Source: an uncultured Candidatus Actinomarina sp. (lineage in GTDB: Bacteria > Actinomycetota > Acidimicrobiia > Actinomarinales > Actinomarinaceae). Taken from it: DNA of 56,204 nucleotides. The DNA lies in contig CACPJC010000006.1 of the NCBI GenBank assembly GCA_902634185.1, forward strand, positions 1-56,204. Reading direction: 5' to 3'. The translations under genes were made by a program, and so were the position numbers. Below, in pieces: positions 17,542-26,288 of the stretch. The stretch's first letter is position 1; every line of letters starts with the position of its first letter. The notes beneath the pieces are model-generated. The model was given only the letters and a program-made list of their open reading frames with translations. It ran no database searches and was not told where the DNA came from.

Positions 17542-18966
17542 ATGAATAGCTCGTTTTTCATAACATTAATCGCATTAGCAGTGGTTGGTGCAATAGCTTA
17601 TTTTTCTGCAGTTGGTTTTCGTGGAGCAGGAAAAATCAAAAAAGTACCAAGAAATTTACAAAAATATCTTCCGGATGATGAATTAGAGACTACTCACCTT
17701 GATAAAACATTATCAATAGCAGTTGTGCTAGCTTCTTTACTTACAATTATGATTCCACTTTATTATCTCGGTGAACCAGCGAGACAAGAAAGTTTTGTAG
17801 AGGAGTTTGACGACGTTTCAGTTGAAAGAGGGCATCATCTTTACGAAGAGTTTGGGTGTGGAAACTGCCATGGAGTAGATGGAAGTGGTGGAGCAGCTTC
17901 ATATGTTGAAAAAAGAAGTGGTGTAAGTGTTACATGGGTAGCCCCTGCAATAAACAATGTGTTTTATAGATATGATGATGAAGAAGTAAGATATTGGCTT
18001 ATATACGGTAGAGCAAACTCACCTATGCCAGCTTGGGGTCTAAAAGGCGGAGGTCCAATGAATGATGGACAGCTTGACGACTTAATAGAGTATTTGCATT
18101 ATTTTCAAATTCCACAAAGTGAAGAACTTCAACAAATTGAACAAAATATAAACTCATCTTTGCTTCGAATTGAAAATTCCGATTTACAAGTTGAAAGTGA
18201 GATTAATAAACAACATGAACTTATCGACAACATTAAGGCAGCTCCGGAAAGACTACCTGTTGCAATTGAAGCTGTTGAAATTGTCTCTGCCATCCTAGCA
18301 AGGCAGAACGGAATCGATACCGATGAAGATGGGCTTTTTGATTCGGTAGAAACAGATATATCAGTTTATAGTGAAAGTGTTGCAGATGTTTTGGGTACTA
18401 CAATTTTAAATCTAAATCCAGATGAAGAAGAATCAACACCAGGAAGAAAAGATGCATCAGTCGTTAGGGGGTACCTTTCTGATCTCGAAACGAGTGTTAT
18501 TAATCTTGGAATACTTACTGATGGTTATGACAAATTTATGGAGGAAGCAGAAAAAGGTTTAGCATTTCTTGAAAATGCCTACGAACAAAAATTATGGCTT
18601 ATTGATTTCCAAGATATTGCAGATTCAACTTTTGATGGAGATTATGACAAAGCAACAAGAGCAGTAGGAATATTTAATGCATATTGTGCGAGATGTCACA
18701 CTGCTGGTTATTCTGCAGGAGCTGCATATACAAAAACAATTGGTTCTGGAGGGTTAGGTCCTGCATTAAAAGGTGGACGAGTAAATATTCAGTTTAAAGA
18801 GAGAGATGACTTCATCGATTTTATTATCAACGGTTCCGTCAACGGCAAAGGTTATGGAGTCAATGGAGTTGGTGGTGGAAAAATGCCAGGATTTGGTGCG
18901 GTACTTCCACAGTCAGATATAGAATTGGTTATAGATTATTTGAGAGGAATGACACCTGATGCGTGA
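17542..18966 (+). CDS. Membrane-anchored diheme cytochrome c
   Basis: CGNCH with MPAW, CARCH with MPGF, two N-terminal TM segments. Confidence 0.9.
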   Translation: MNSSFFITLIALAVVGAIAYFSAVGFRGAGKIKKVPRNLQKYLPDDELETTHLDKTLSIAVVLASLLTIMIPLYYLGEPARQESFVEEFDDVSVERGHHLYEEFGCGNCHGVDGSGGAASYVEKRSGVSVTWVAPAINNVFYRYDDEEVRYWLIYGRANSPMPAWGLKGGGPMNDGQLDDLIEYLHYFQIPQSEELQQIEQNINSSLLRIENSDLQVESEINKQHELIDNIKAAPERLPVAIEAVEIVSAILARQNGIDTDEDGLFDSVETDISVYSESVADVLGTTILNLNPDEEESTPGRKDASVVRGYLSDLETSVINLGILTDGYDKFMEEAEKGLAFLENAYEQKLWLIDFQDIADSTFDGDYDKATRAVGIFNAYCARCHTAGYSAGAAYTKTIGSGGLGPALKGGRVNIQFKERDDFIDFIINGSVNGKGYGVNGVGGGKMPGFGAVLPQSDIELVIDYLRGMTPDA

Positions 18967-19327
18967 GATAATGAGAACCCTGTTGTCATCTAATTTGACA
19001 TTTACTGGAATTTTCCTTTTTGTTCTTTTTGTTCTCTCATTTTTTGGATCAACTTTTATTTTGAACGCAACAAACTTAGGTAGAAGACTTGGTTTCCTTG
19101 TTGTTGGAGCTGCAACTTTTGGATGGCTAGTTATTAATTCATTTCTGTTTATACTTTATGCTCCTAGGGGCCCAGCCCCATCATCGATAGATGGTCTAAA
19201 CGCTCTAGAAATTAGAATTATTCCAATTACTTATTTTGCTGGATCTTTAATACTTTTTATTATGTTTATGCTTGCTTTAAATAGATACGAACAAGAAGAA
19301 AAAGATACAGAAGAAACAAATAGTTAA
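18959..19327 (+). CDS. Small membrane protein, last gene of the bc operon
   Basis: 122 aa, 3 TM segments, overlaps the cytochrome c stop. Confidence 0.75.
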   Translation: MREIMRTLLSSNLTFTGIFLFVLFVLSFFGSTFILNATNLGRRLGFLVVGAATFGWLVINSFLFILYAPRGPAPSSIDGLNALEIRIIPITYFAGSLILFIMFMLALNRYEQEEKDTEETNS

Positions 19328-19368
19328 TCTCGATTAGCGTATATCCCTTTCATGAATAGAATTATTAT

Positions 19369-20316
19369 ATGGAATTTATAGTTTCAATTGTAAGAAGCGT
19401 CATATTATTTGGTCTTCTAATATTTATTGCGTTTAGAATATTCAGAATCTTAAGACCATTCGAAAAAGGATTGGTTGAAAGATTTGGTAAGTATAATCGT
19501 GAAGCAACCGCAGGACTAAACATTGTAATTCCGGGGATTGAAAAATTAATCATCGTAGACATGAGGGAACAAGTTATCGATGTTCCACCACAAGAAGTTA
19601 TTACAAAAGACAACGTCACAATTACTGTTGATGCAGTCATTTATTATGAACCAACTGATCCTAAAAAACTTGTATATAACGTCGGAGATTTTATCACTGC
19701 AGCAACAAAATTAGCACAAACCAACCTAAGAAACGTGGTTGGTGATCTTGAGTTAGATGCTGCTTTAACTTCAAGAGAGACTATTAATACATCTTTAAAA
19801 TTGATACTTGACGAAGCAACAGATAAATGGGGTACAAGAGTTGTACGTGTTGAAATTCAAAGAATTGATCCTCCTCAAGATGTTCAAGATGCAATGAACA
19901 AAGTTATGAAGGCTGAGAGGGATAGAAGAGCTGCTGTTACCGAAGCTGAAGGTGAAAAAAGAGCTGCAATTTTGACAGCAGAAGGTGAAAGAGAGTCACA
20001 AATTTTAAGTGCTCAAGGTGAAGCTGAAGCATTGAAACAAGTTGCCGATGCTGAAAAGTATGAAAGAGTAGTTACAGCAGAAGGTGAAGCTGAAGCTATA
20101 TTGAAAGTTTTCAATGCAATTCATGAAGGTGATCCTTCAAACGATTTGATAGCAATAAAATATCTAGAATCTCTTGAAAAAGTTGCTGATGGAAATGCTA
20201 CAAAAATATTTTTGCCAGCAGATTTATCTGCAACTTTGGGCAGTATTGGAGCAATTTCAGAATTGTTCAAGGATGAAAACAAAGATTCCACTGAATCTGA
20301 AGATAAAGAAGAGTAA
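19369..20316 (+). CDS. SPFH/band 7 (stomatin/QmcA-like) protein
   Basis: VERFGKY, PQEVITKDNV, QTNLRNVVG, KAERDRRA. Confidence 0.95.
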   Translation: MEFIVSIVRSVILFGLLIFIAFRIFRILRPFEKGLVERFGKYNREATAGLNIVIPGIEKLIIVDMREQVIDVPPQEVITKDNVTITVDAVIYYEPTDPKKLVYNVGDFITAATKLAQTNLRNVVGDLELDAALTSRETINTSLKLILDEATDKWGTRVVRVEIQRIDPPQDVQDAMNKVMKAERDRRAAVTEAEGEKRAAILTAEGERESQILSAQGEAEALKQVADAEKYERVVTAEGEAEAILKVFNAIHEGDPSNDLIAIKYLESLEKVADGNATKIFLPADLSATLGSIGAISELFKDENKDSTESEDKEE

Positions 20317-20320
20317 CAGA

Positions 20321-21307
20321 CTAGACTAAGCTGCTTTTTAATAATTCAAAAAACTTATCAGGATTACACCTTTGTACAATTCTTGTCTTATGTGTTTCAG
20401 GCTCAATGTTCATGTAGTCTATAACACATCCTCCTCTGGTCATTCCATCACGAACATCAACTCTTACATTTGCTTCTACTGACTGGCTGATTATCGTTTC
20501 ATCTAAAAATACAGACATCGCTAATGGATCAGGAAGATCATATGCATCTTGATTAAGCAATTCTTTCATCATTTCTCTTAAAACAACTTGGATATCATTT
20601 GTAAATTTAGAAAATTTTGTATTTAAAGATTCAATTTCATTTATCTTATTTATGTCAATCATTGCATCGTATAAAGAAGGATCCCAGCCAATCATTGTTG
20701 TAGGTATTCCCGCATTGAGAACTATATCTGCTGCTTCTGGATCAACCCAAAAGTTGTATTCTGCAAATTTTGTTACATTACCCAATGCATTTGAACTTCC
20801 ACCCATTATGTAAATATGTTTTATTGAATCAAGACTTTCTTTATTTTTTTCAATCATATTTGCAATATTTGTTAATGGACCTAAAGTTACTATTTCTAAA
20901 TCAGTTTCGTTTTCCAAAACCTCTTTATAAAATTCATCCGCAGTTTTGGCTTCTACTTCCTTATTTATAGGAGATAACCCAATATCACCCAGACCATCAA
21001 TACCATGCACGTGCTGAGCTGAGGTTGACTCGTTTGTATAACTTAGAGCAATGTTTGTTGCAGTCTCCGAATCAAAAACCTCTTCATATTCTCTATTTAA
21101 TGGCTTGTTTGCACCTTTATAAATAGGTATGTCGACTTCACATAATTCGTTGACATAAATGGTATTTAAAACAGCCTGATCAAGAGGGACGTTTCCTGAG
21201 ACGAGTGTAACTCCTAATATATTCTCTTTTGCTAAGTTTCTGTAAGCCATTAATAAGGCAACAGCATCATCTGATCCAGTATCAGCATCGATAATAACTT
21301 TTTTCAT
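20321..21307 (-). CDS. Nucleoside hydrolase (IU-NH family)
   Basis: DADTGSDDAVA, HGIDGLG, LGPLTN, AEYNFWVDPEAA. Confidence 0.95.
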   Translation of the reverse strand: MKKVIIDADTGSDDAVALLMAYRNLAKENILGVTLVSGNVPLDQAVLNTIYVNELCEVDIPIYKGANKPLNREYEEVFDSETATNIALSYTNESTSAQHVHGIDGLGDIGLSPINKEVEAKTADEFYKEVLENETDLEIVTLGPLTNIANMIEKNKESLDSIKHIYIMGGSSNALGNVTKFAEYNFWVDPEAADIVLNAGIPTTMIGWDPSLYDAMIDINKINEIESLNTKFSKFTNDIQVVLREMMKELLNQDAYDLPDPLAMSVFLDETIISQSVEANVRVDVRDGMTRGGCVIDYMNIEPETHKTRIVQRCNPDKFFELLKSSLV

Positions 21308-21585
21308 TAATCTTTTACCTTAGTAATTTCTGGGACACCTTGTCTCCAAATAACTTCACAATCTTTATACTCTTTTGAAATTTGATCACTTATGATCATT
21401 AACATTTCTAATGCATCTTCTTTTTTTCCTTTCGCAGAACCAAAAGTATTTGGAGCGCTAGAGTAAATCTTTTTTACCATTTCAAAAATCTCAAGAGCCT
21501 CTTTTTTATTTAAGTTAGTTTCTATAGTCTTTCCAGATATTGTTTCAAAACTTTTTCTTTGTCTACGAGGTAATTTAAATTTCAT
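21307..21585 (-). CDS. Hypothetical protein
   Basis: 92-aa ORF whose stop overlaps the nucleoside hydrolase start (TAATG). Confidence 0.7.
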   Translation of the reverse strand: MKFKLPRRQRKSFETISGKTIETNLNKKEALEIFEMVKKIYSSAPNTFGSAKGKKEDALEMLMIISDQISKEYKDCEVIWRQGVPEITKVKD

Positions 21586-21605
21586 TAATATTTATATCTT
21601 AATAC

Positions 21606-22121
21606 TTAAAGAATTCTCTTTTGTAATGAAACTTCATAATCATCGGAGTACTTTTTTGTATCTATCTCAACGAAATCAAATTTTTCATGAAAATGAAAAG
21701 ATACTTCATTTCTTGAAGGAAGTATATTTATTTCTGCGGTCAGATTTTCGATATTTAACTCTAAACAAAACTCAAGAAGTTTTTCATACATTAATGATGC
21801 TATTCCAAGTTTTCTAAATTCAGTATCAACTGCAACTCGATCGATATACATAAAATTTTTTAAACGATTTCTAAATTCATTAAAATTTTTATGTTTTAGG
21901 TTATACATGAAAGATTTTGTTTTTGATGAATCCTGAAAACAAATAATAAATCCAATAACTTTGTTTTCATGAATGATACATCTATGAAAGTCAGAGTTTT
22001 CTACCAATGCTTTAAACTCTTCAAAAGTTGTTGTACCTACATTAGGAACATTATCTTCGTTTAAAGCATGGCAGTTCTCAACATTTGAATTATCAATAGG
22101 CAAAAGCTTGATGTTATCCAT
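21606..22121 (-). CDS. GNAT family N-acetyltransferase
   Basis: YIDRVAVDTEFRKLGIASLMY, NEVSFHFHEKFDF. Confidence 0.9.
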   Translation of the reverse strand: MDNIKLLPIDNSNVENCHALNEDNVPNVGTTTFEEFKALVENSDFHRCIIHENKVIGFIICFQDSSKTKSFMYNLKHKNFNEFRNRLKNFMYIDRVAVDTEFRKLGIASLMYEKLLEFCLELNIENLTAEINILPSRNEVSFHFHEKFDFVEIDTKKYSDDYEVSLQKRIL

Positions 22122-22165
22122 GTATGAAAATATACATTTAATGTATAAAATTGTAAACTGTTTAC

Positions 22166-22966
22166 ATGCAAAATAGCACTGTATTAATGAGTTCCCCAGA
22201 GTATTTTAGAATAGAGTACTCAATTAACCCATGGATGGTTGAAGGTGTTGAGGTCAATTTGGAGCTAGCAAAAGACCAGTGGAGTGGACTAAAGTCAACT
22301 ATTGAAAAATGCGGAGCTGAAGTTAAAGTTATTCCTGGTAATACTGTTTATCCAGACTTAGTGTTTACCGCAAACTCCGGCATTATAAAAGACAAATCAG
22401 TTCTTATATCAAACTTTAAATTCCAAGAAAGACAAGGAGAAGAAATCATTTATGAAAACTGGTTCAAAAAAAATGGTTATGATGTTGCTCGTATTCCTTC
22501 AGAACATAAATTTGAAGGGCGAGGGGATGCTTTTGTTTACGGTGAGTATTTAATTGGATCATACGGTGTAAGAAGTGATAAAGAGGCTTTAATTTATATA
22601 GCAGAACAATTTGAACTGAAACCAAAAATTGTAAAGTTAGTTGATGAAAAATTTTATCATCTTGATACTTGTTTTCAGAACCTTCCAACAAATAATAACG
22701 ACGCAATTTTTTATCCGGAAGCATTTGAGGACTCTTCATTAAAAGAATTTTCTGATTTATTCAACTTAATTCCTGTGAGTGAAAATGATGCAAACAAACT
22801 TGCCTGCAACAGTGTTGTAATAAATGAATCTGTAATTTTTCCATCTGATGATATAGACATTATTGAAACAGTTGCTGATTTAGGATGCAATATTGAGATA
22901 TCAGATGTTTCAGAATTTCTTAAATCTGGTGGTGCGTGTCAGTGTCTTGTAATTACATTACAATAA
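22166..22966 (+). CDS. Amidinotransferase/dimethylarginine dimethylaminohydrolase family protein
   Basis: YSINPWM, PDLVFTAN, FEGRGD, YHLDT, KSGGACQC. Confidence 0.92.
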   Translation: MQNSTVLMSSPEYFRIEYSINPWMVEGVEVNLELAKDQWSGLKSTIEKCGAEVKVIPGNTVYPDLVFTANSGIIKDKSVLISNFKFQERQGEEIIYENWFKKNGYDVARIPSEHKFEGRGDAFVYGEYLIGSYGVRSDKEALIYIAEQFELKPKIVKLVDEKFYHLDTCFQNLPTNNNDAIFYPEAFEDSSLKEFSDLFNLIPVSENDANKLACNSVVINESVIFPSDDIDIIETVADLGCNIEISDVSEFLKSGGACQCLVITLQ

Positions 22967-22970
22967 ATTT

Positions 22971-23408
22971 GTGAGGATAATCAAAGCAATTCTTTGGCCA
23001 ATTAGAAAAGTAATTTTTTTTCCAATTAAAATATTTTTCTACACTTTGATATTATTTATCGTCATAGTTTTATTTTTTCAATACAGGACAGACTATGGTA
23101 TTGATGTTAGCCCTCTTTCTGTCAACGAATATGAAAACTGCATCAATGTAATTGAAGACTATGAAGTAACAGTATCACTACTTTCTGAATACGTTGAAAA
23201 ATTAGATAGTGAACAAAAATCTTTTTTAGAGAGAAATTTACCAAATCCATTGAATGTTTTGACAACTCCTCAAGAGATTACAAATGATGATTTTAGAAAT
23301 GTTAGAACTTTTTTAAAATATTATTTACAGGCTGGTAGATTTCCTGGTTTGAATGGTAAAGCTTTCTCCCCTCAAGCAGCAAGTTTATGTAGAGACGGAT
23401 TGAGTTAG
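22971..23408 (+). CDS. Hypothetical membrane-anchored protein
   Basis: 145 aa, N-terminal TM helix, two Cys in the soluble part. Confidence 0.7.
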   Translation: MRIIKAILWPIRKVIFFPIKIFFYTLILFIVIVLFFQYRTDYGIDVSPLSVNEYENCINVIEDYEVTVSLLSEYVEKLDSEQKSFLERNLPNPLNVLTTPQEITNDDFRNVRTFLKYYLQAGRFPGLNGKAFSPQAASLCRDGLS

Positions 23409-23876
23409 GTCTGCAACCTCTCCATCAGTTAAACCTTTTAAATCAGAAGGCTTTAGAAAAAATTTACTTATCCTATTACCACCACCGATAAAAACTTTAT
23501 TTCTCAACATTACATTCTCATCAATATATACCCTTATTTCCTCCGGTAAGCCTAGAGGACTTATACCTCCATAAATTTGATTAGTAATTATCTCAGCTTC
23601 TTCTCTTGAAGCAAAACTTACTTTTTTTGCACCTAATAGGCTTTTAGCTTTATGATTGACATCCAATCTGTCTGATCCTAAAACACAAAATAATGCAAAA
23701 AATTCCTCTGGTTTTTTTGATTTAAGTAAAATTGCATTACAAGAATCTTCTATTTTAAATCCATAATGGTCACAAAAACTTTGTGTATCAGAAAATTCAT
23801 CTTTACATTCGAAAGCCTCTAGTTTGTCCTTATTGCTTTCAAATATTTTTTCAACTGTCTGATGTATTTCAACCAT
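23385..23876 (-). CDS. YbaK/EbsC (aminoacyl-tRNA editing) family protein
   Basis: KKVSFAS, GGISPLGLP, FIGGG. Confidence 0.88.
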   Translation of the reverse strand: MVEIHQTVEKIFESNKDKLEAFECKDEFSDTQSFCDHYGFKIEDSCNAILLKSKKPEEFFALFCVLGSDRLDVNHKAKSLLGAKKVSFASREEAEIITNQIYGGISPLGLPEEIRVYIDENVMLRNKVFIGGGNRISKFFLKPSDLKGLTDGEVADLTQSVST

Positions 23877-23918
23877 AAAGATAATGATATCGTTATTAAA
23901 GTCAGTTACAATCTCTGT

Positions 23919-25298
23919 ATGAAGTTCAAGACAATAATTGAACCGTTTAAAATTAAATCCGTTGAATCTCTCCCCATAACTACTCCCAAGGAAAGAAAAA
24001 GCTTTTTAGAAAGAGAACATTGGAATGTATTTGGCTTGAAGTCTCAAGAGGTAACTGTTGATTTATTAACAGACTCAGGAACAGGTTCAATGTCTTCCGA
24101 ACAATGGGCAGCGATTATGCGTGGTGATGAGGCATATGCAGGCTCTCACTCTTGGCAAAGATTTCATGATGTTGTATCAGATCTTACAGGTTACAAACAT
24201 ATAATTCCTACGCATCAAGGTAGGGCCAGTGAGAAAATATTGGCAACAGTGACCGTAAAAGAGGGAGATATAATACCCAGTAATAGCCACTTTGATACAA
24301 CAAGAGCTAACTTTGAATTTGTAAAAGCTGAGCCTATAGATTTACTTTGTAAAGAAGGATTAGATTTATTGTCACCTGCACCTTTTAAAGGGAACATCGA
24401 TCTTGAAAAGCTTGAGGATATTTTAAGTAAAAAAGGTGAAAAAATTCCATTTGTTCTGATGACAATTACAAATAATACAGGTGGTGGTCAACCAGTATCA
24501 ATGGAGAATCTAAAAAGTACTAAAAAGCTTTGTGAAAAATACAACAAAATGCTTTTACTTGATGCATGCAGGTTTGCTGAAAATGCTTGGTTTGTTTCAC
24601 AGAGAGAAGAGGATTATAAGGGTGTAGAAATTAGAGATATAACAAAAGAAGCATTTAGGCTTGCTGATGGTTGCACAATTAGTTTGAAAAAGGATGGTTT
24701 TGGCAATATTGGAGGAATCTTGGCGTTTAATGATGATCAGCTTGCCGAAGCTTCAAGGAACCTTTTAATTTTGACCGAAGGCTTTCCAACTTATGGCGGC
24801 CTTGCCGGACGAGATCTAGATGCACTTGCTCAAGGCCTCAAAGAGATTACAGATAAAAATTATCTTGAATACAGAGCAAGGTCAATCTCATATTTGGGTG
24901 AAAAAGCTTTGAGTTACGGCATTCCAATTGTTCAGCCTGCAGGTGGCCATGCCCTCTACATAGATGCAAAAACTTTTGTTCCACACATACCTCCTCATCA
25001 ATATCCTGGTCATTCAGTTGCGTGTGAGATATATTTAATTGGTGGAGTTAGAGCTGTTGAATTAGGTACTTTGGCATTTGGGGTTGCAGGTGCAAATGGT
25101 GAGCCTGACAAACCAGCAACTCATGAATTAGTAAGACTCGCTGCTCCAAGAAGAACTTATACACAAAGTCATTTTGATTATGTAGCGGAAGTTCTTGAAA
25201 AACTAGCTGAAAGTAAAGATAAACTTAAAGGCTATGAAATTATTGAGCAACCAGAACAGTTAAGACACTTTACTGCTAAGTTAAGACCATTGACATGA
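23919..25298 (+). CDS. tnaA: Tryptophanase (PLP beta-eliminating lyase)
   Basis: DLLTDSGT, HQGRASE, SLKKD (PLP Lys); HFDTT, RAVELG and RHFTA are the tryptophanase rather than tyrosine phenol-lyase variants; start moved to ATG 23919. Confidence 0.88.
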   Translation: MKFKTIIEPFKIKSVESLPITTPKERKSFLEREHWNVFGLKSQEVTVDLLTDSGTGSMSSEQWAAIMRGDEAYAGSHSWQRFHDVVSDLTGYKHIIPTHQGRASEKILATVTVKEGDIIPSNSHFDTTRANFEFVKAEPIDLLCKEGLDLLSPAPFKGNIDLEKLEDILSKKGEKIPFVLMTITNNTGGGQPVSMENLKSTKKLCEKYNKMLLLDACRFAENAWFVSQREEDYKGVEIRDITKEAFRLADGCTISLKKDGFGNIGGILAFNDDQLAEASRNLLILTEGFPTYGGLAGRDLDALAQGLKEITDKNYLEYRARSISYLGEKALSYGIPIVQPAGGHALYIDAKTFVPHIPPHQYPGHSVACEIYLIGGVRAVELGTLAFGVAGANGEPDKPATHELVRLAAPRRTYTQSHFDYVAEVLEKLAESKDKLKGYEIIEQPEQLRHFTAKLRPLT

Positions 25299-26266
25299 TG
25301 CTTTTTAAAAAAATATCAATTTTATTTTTAATCTTTTTTATAGCTTGTGGAGCAGGTGAAGGAGATGTTGAAGTTACAGAAAATATAAGTAGTAACTCAG
25401 ATGAACCAACAACAACTACTGAACAACAAAAAGAAAATGATGATTCTACAACAACAACAATTGAAGAAGTTAATGAAGAGAGTGAAGATTACAGTTCTGA
25501 AAATGTAATTTCAATTGGTGAAATAGTAACTGACACATCATTTAGGGATTATCAAAAATATGTTGATGTCGCGGGATTAAAAATTTTTGCTCTTCCTGAA
25601 GTTTCCGATGAATATATGTATAAAGTTGCAGAAACATATTTTCAAATGTTGCAACAAGGAGAAAATATAGACAACGGCCTTAGGTCAAAATATTTAAATT
25701 CTGTTGATAATGAAAAGGTTTTTCAGAGAGTTGGTTTTGAAGGCCCAGAATATTATAATTTTGATTCGCCAAATCCATCTGTAGACTGCTGTCCAGGTAA
25801 TGGTTATGAAGATAACCACACAGATTTTATTTGGGAATATAAAGATGCAAATACAATTGGTACTGTTGGAGAAGTTGTCGAGCATTTACTACATACAATT
25901 ACAGGTGCAGGATTGCTCCTAGAGTTTCCTGAATGGAGCTGGGAAGATACAAATTCTAAGATTCATAAGGCAATGAATGAAGCCGTTGAAAAAAATATCT
26001 ATGATATTTCTAGTTATGAGGAAATAAAAAACAATGGAGACATAGAGGGATATAACAGAGTTACTGTTCAAGAATTTTCTTTTTGGGTAATAGTTACATC
26101 TTGGGGTTATGGTGATATATTTGATTTACCTCATGGTGAATTTGAAATCAGCACAATAAAAGAAGTTAGATCAGAACTACCCTTAGCTTTTGAATTGTAT
26201 GTTGACACTATTGAAAAAATCTTTACAATTCCTGACAAAGAATTGCTTAAATCTTTATTCTCTTAA
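25295..26266 (+). CDS. Acidic putative lipoprotein, possibly metal-binding
   Basis: Lipobox-like FIAC, Thr/Glu-rich linker, EVVEHLLHT motif. Confidence 0.7.
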   Translation: MMLFKKISILFLIFFIACGAGEGDVEVTENISSNSDEPTTTTEQQKENDDSTTTTIEEVNEESEDYSSENVISIGEIVTDTSFRDYQKYVDVAGLKIFALPEVSDEYMYKVAETYFQMLQQGENIDNGLRSKYLNSVDNEKVFQRVGFEGPEYYNFDSPNPSVDCCPGNGYEDNHTDFIWEYKDANTIGTVGEVVEHLLHTITGAGLLLEFPEWSWEDTNSKIHKAMNEAVEKNIYDISSYEEIKNNGDIEGYNRVTVQEFSFWVIVTSWGYGDIFDLPHGEFEISTIKEVRSELPLAFELYVDTIEKIFTIPDKELLKSLFS

Positions 26267-26288
26267 ATAATTATTTTATAATTGCCAA

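Noticed and set aside
23862-23918. Longer N-terminal extensions given by the ORF track (tnaA here; likewise the carboxyltransferase, pth and the SDR)
   Set aside because: They overlap neighbouring genes or promoters; downstream starts match family N-termini
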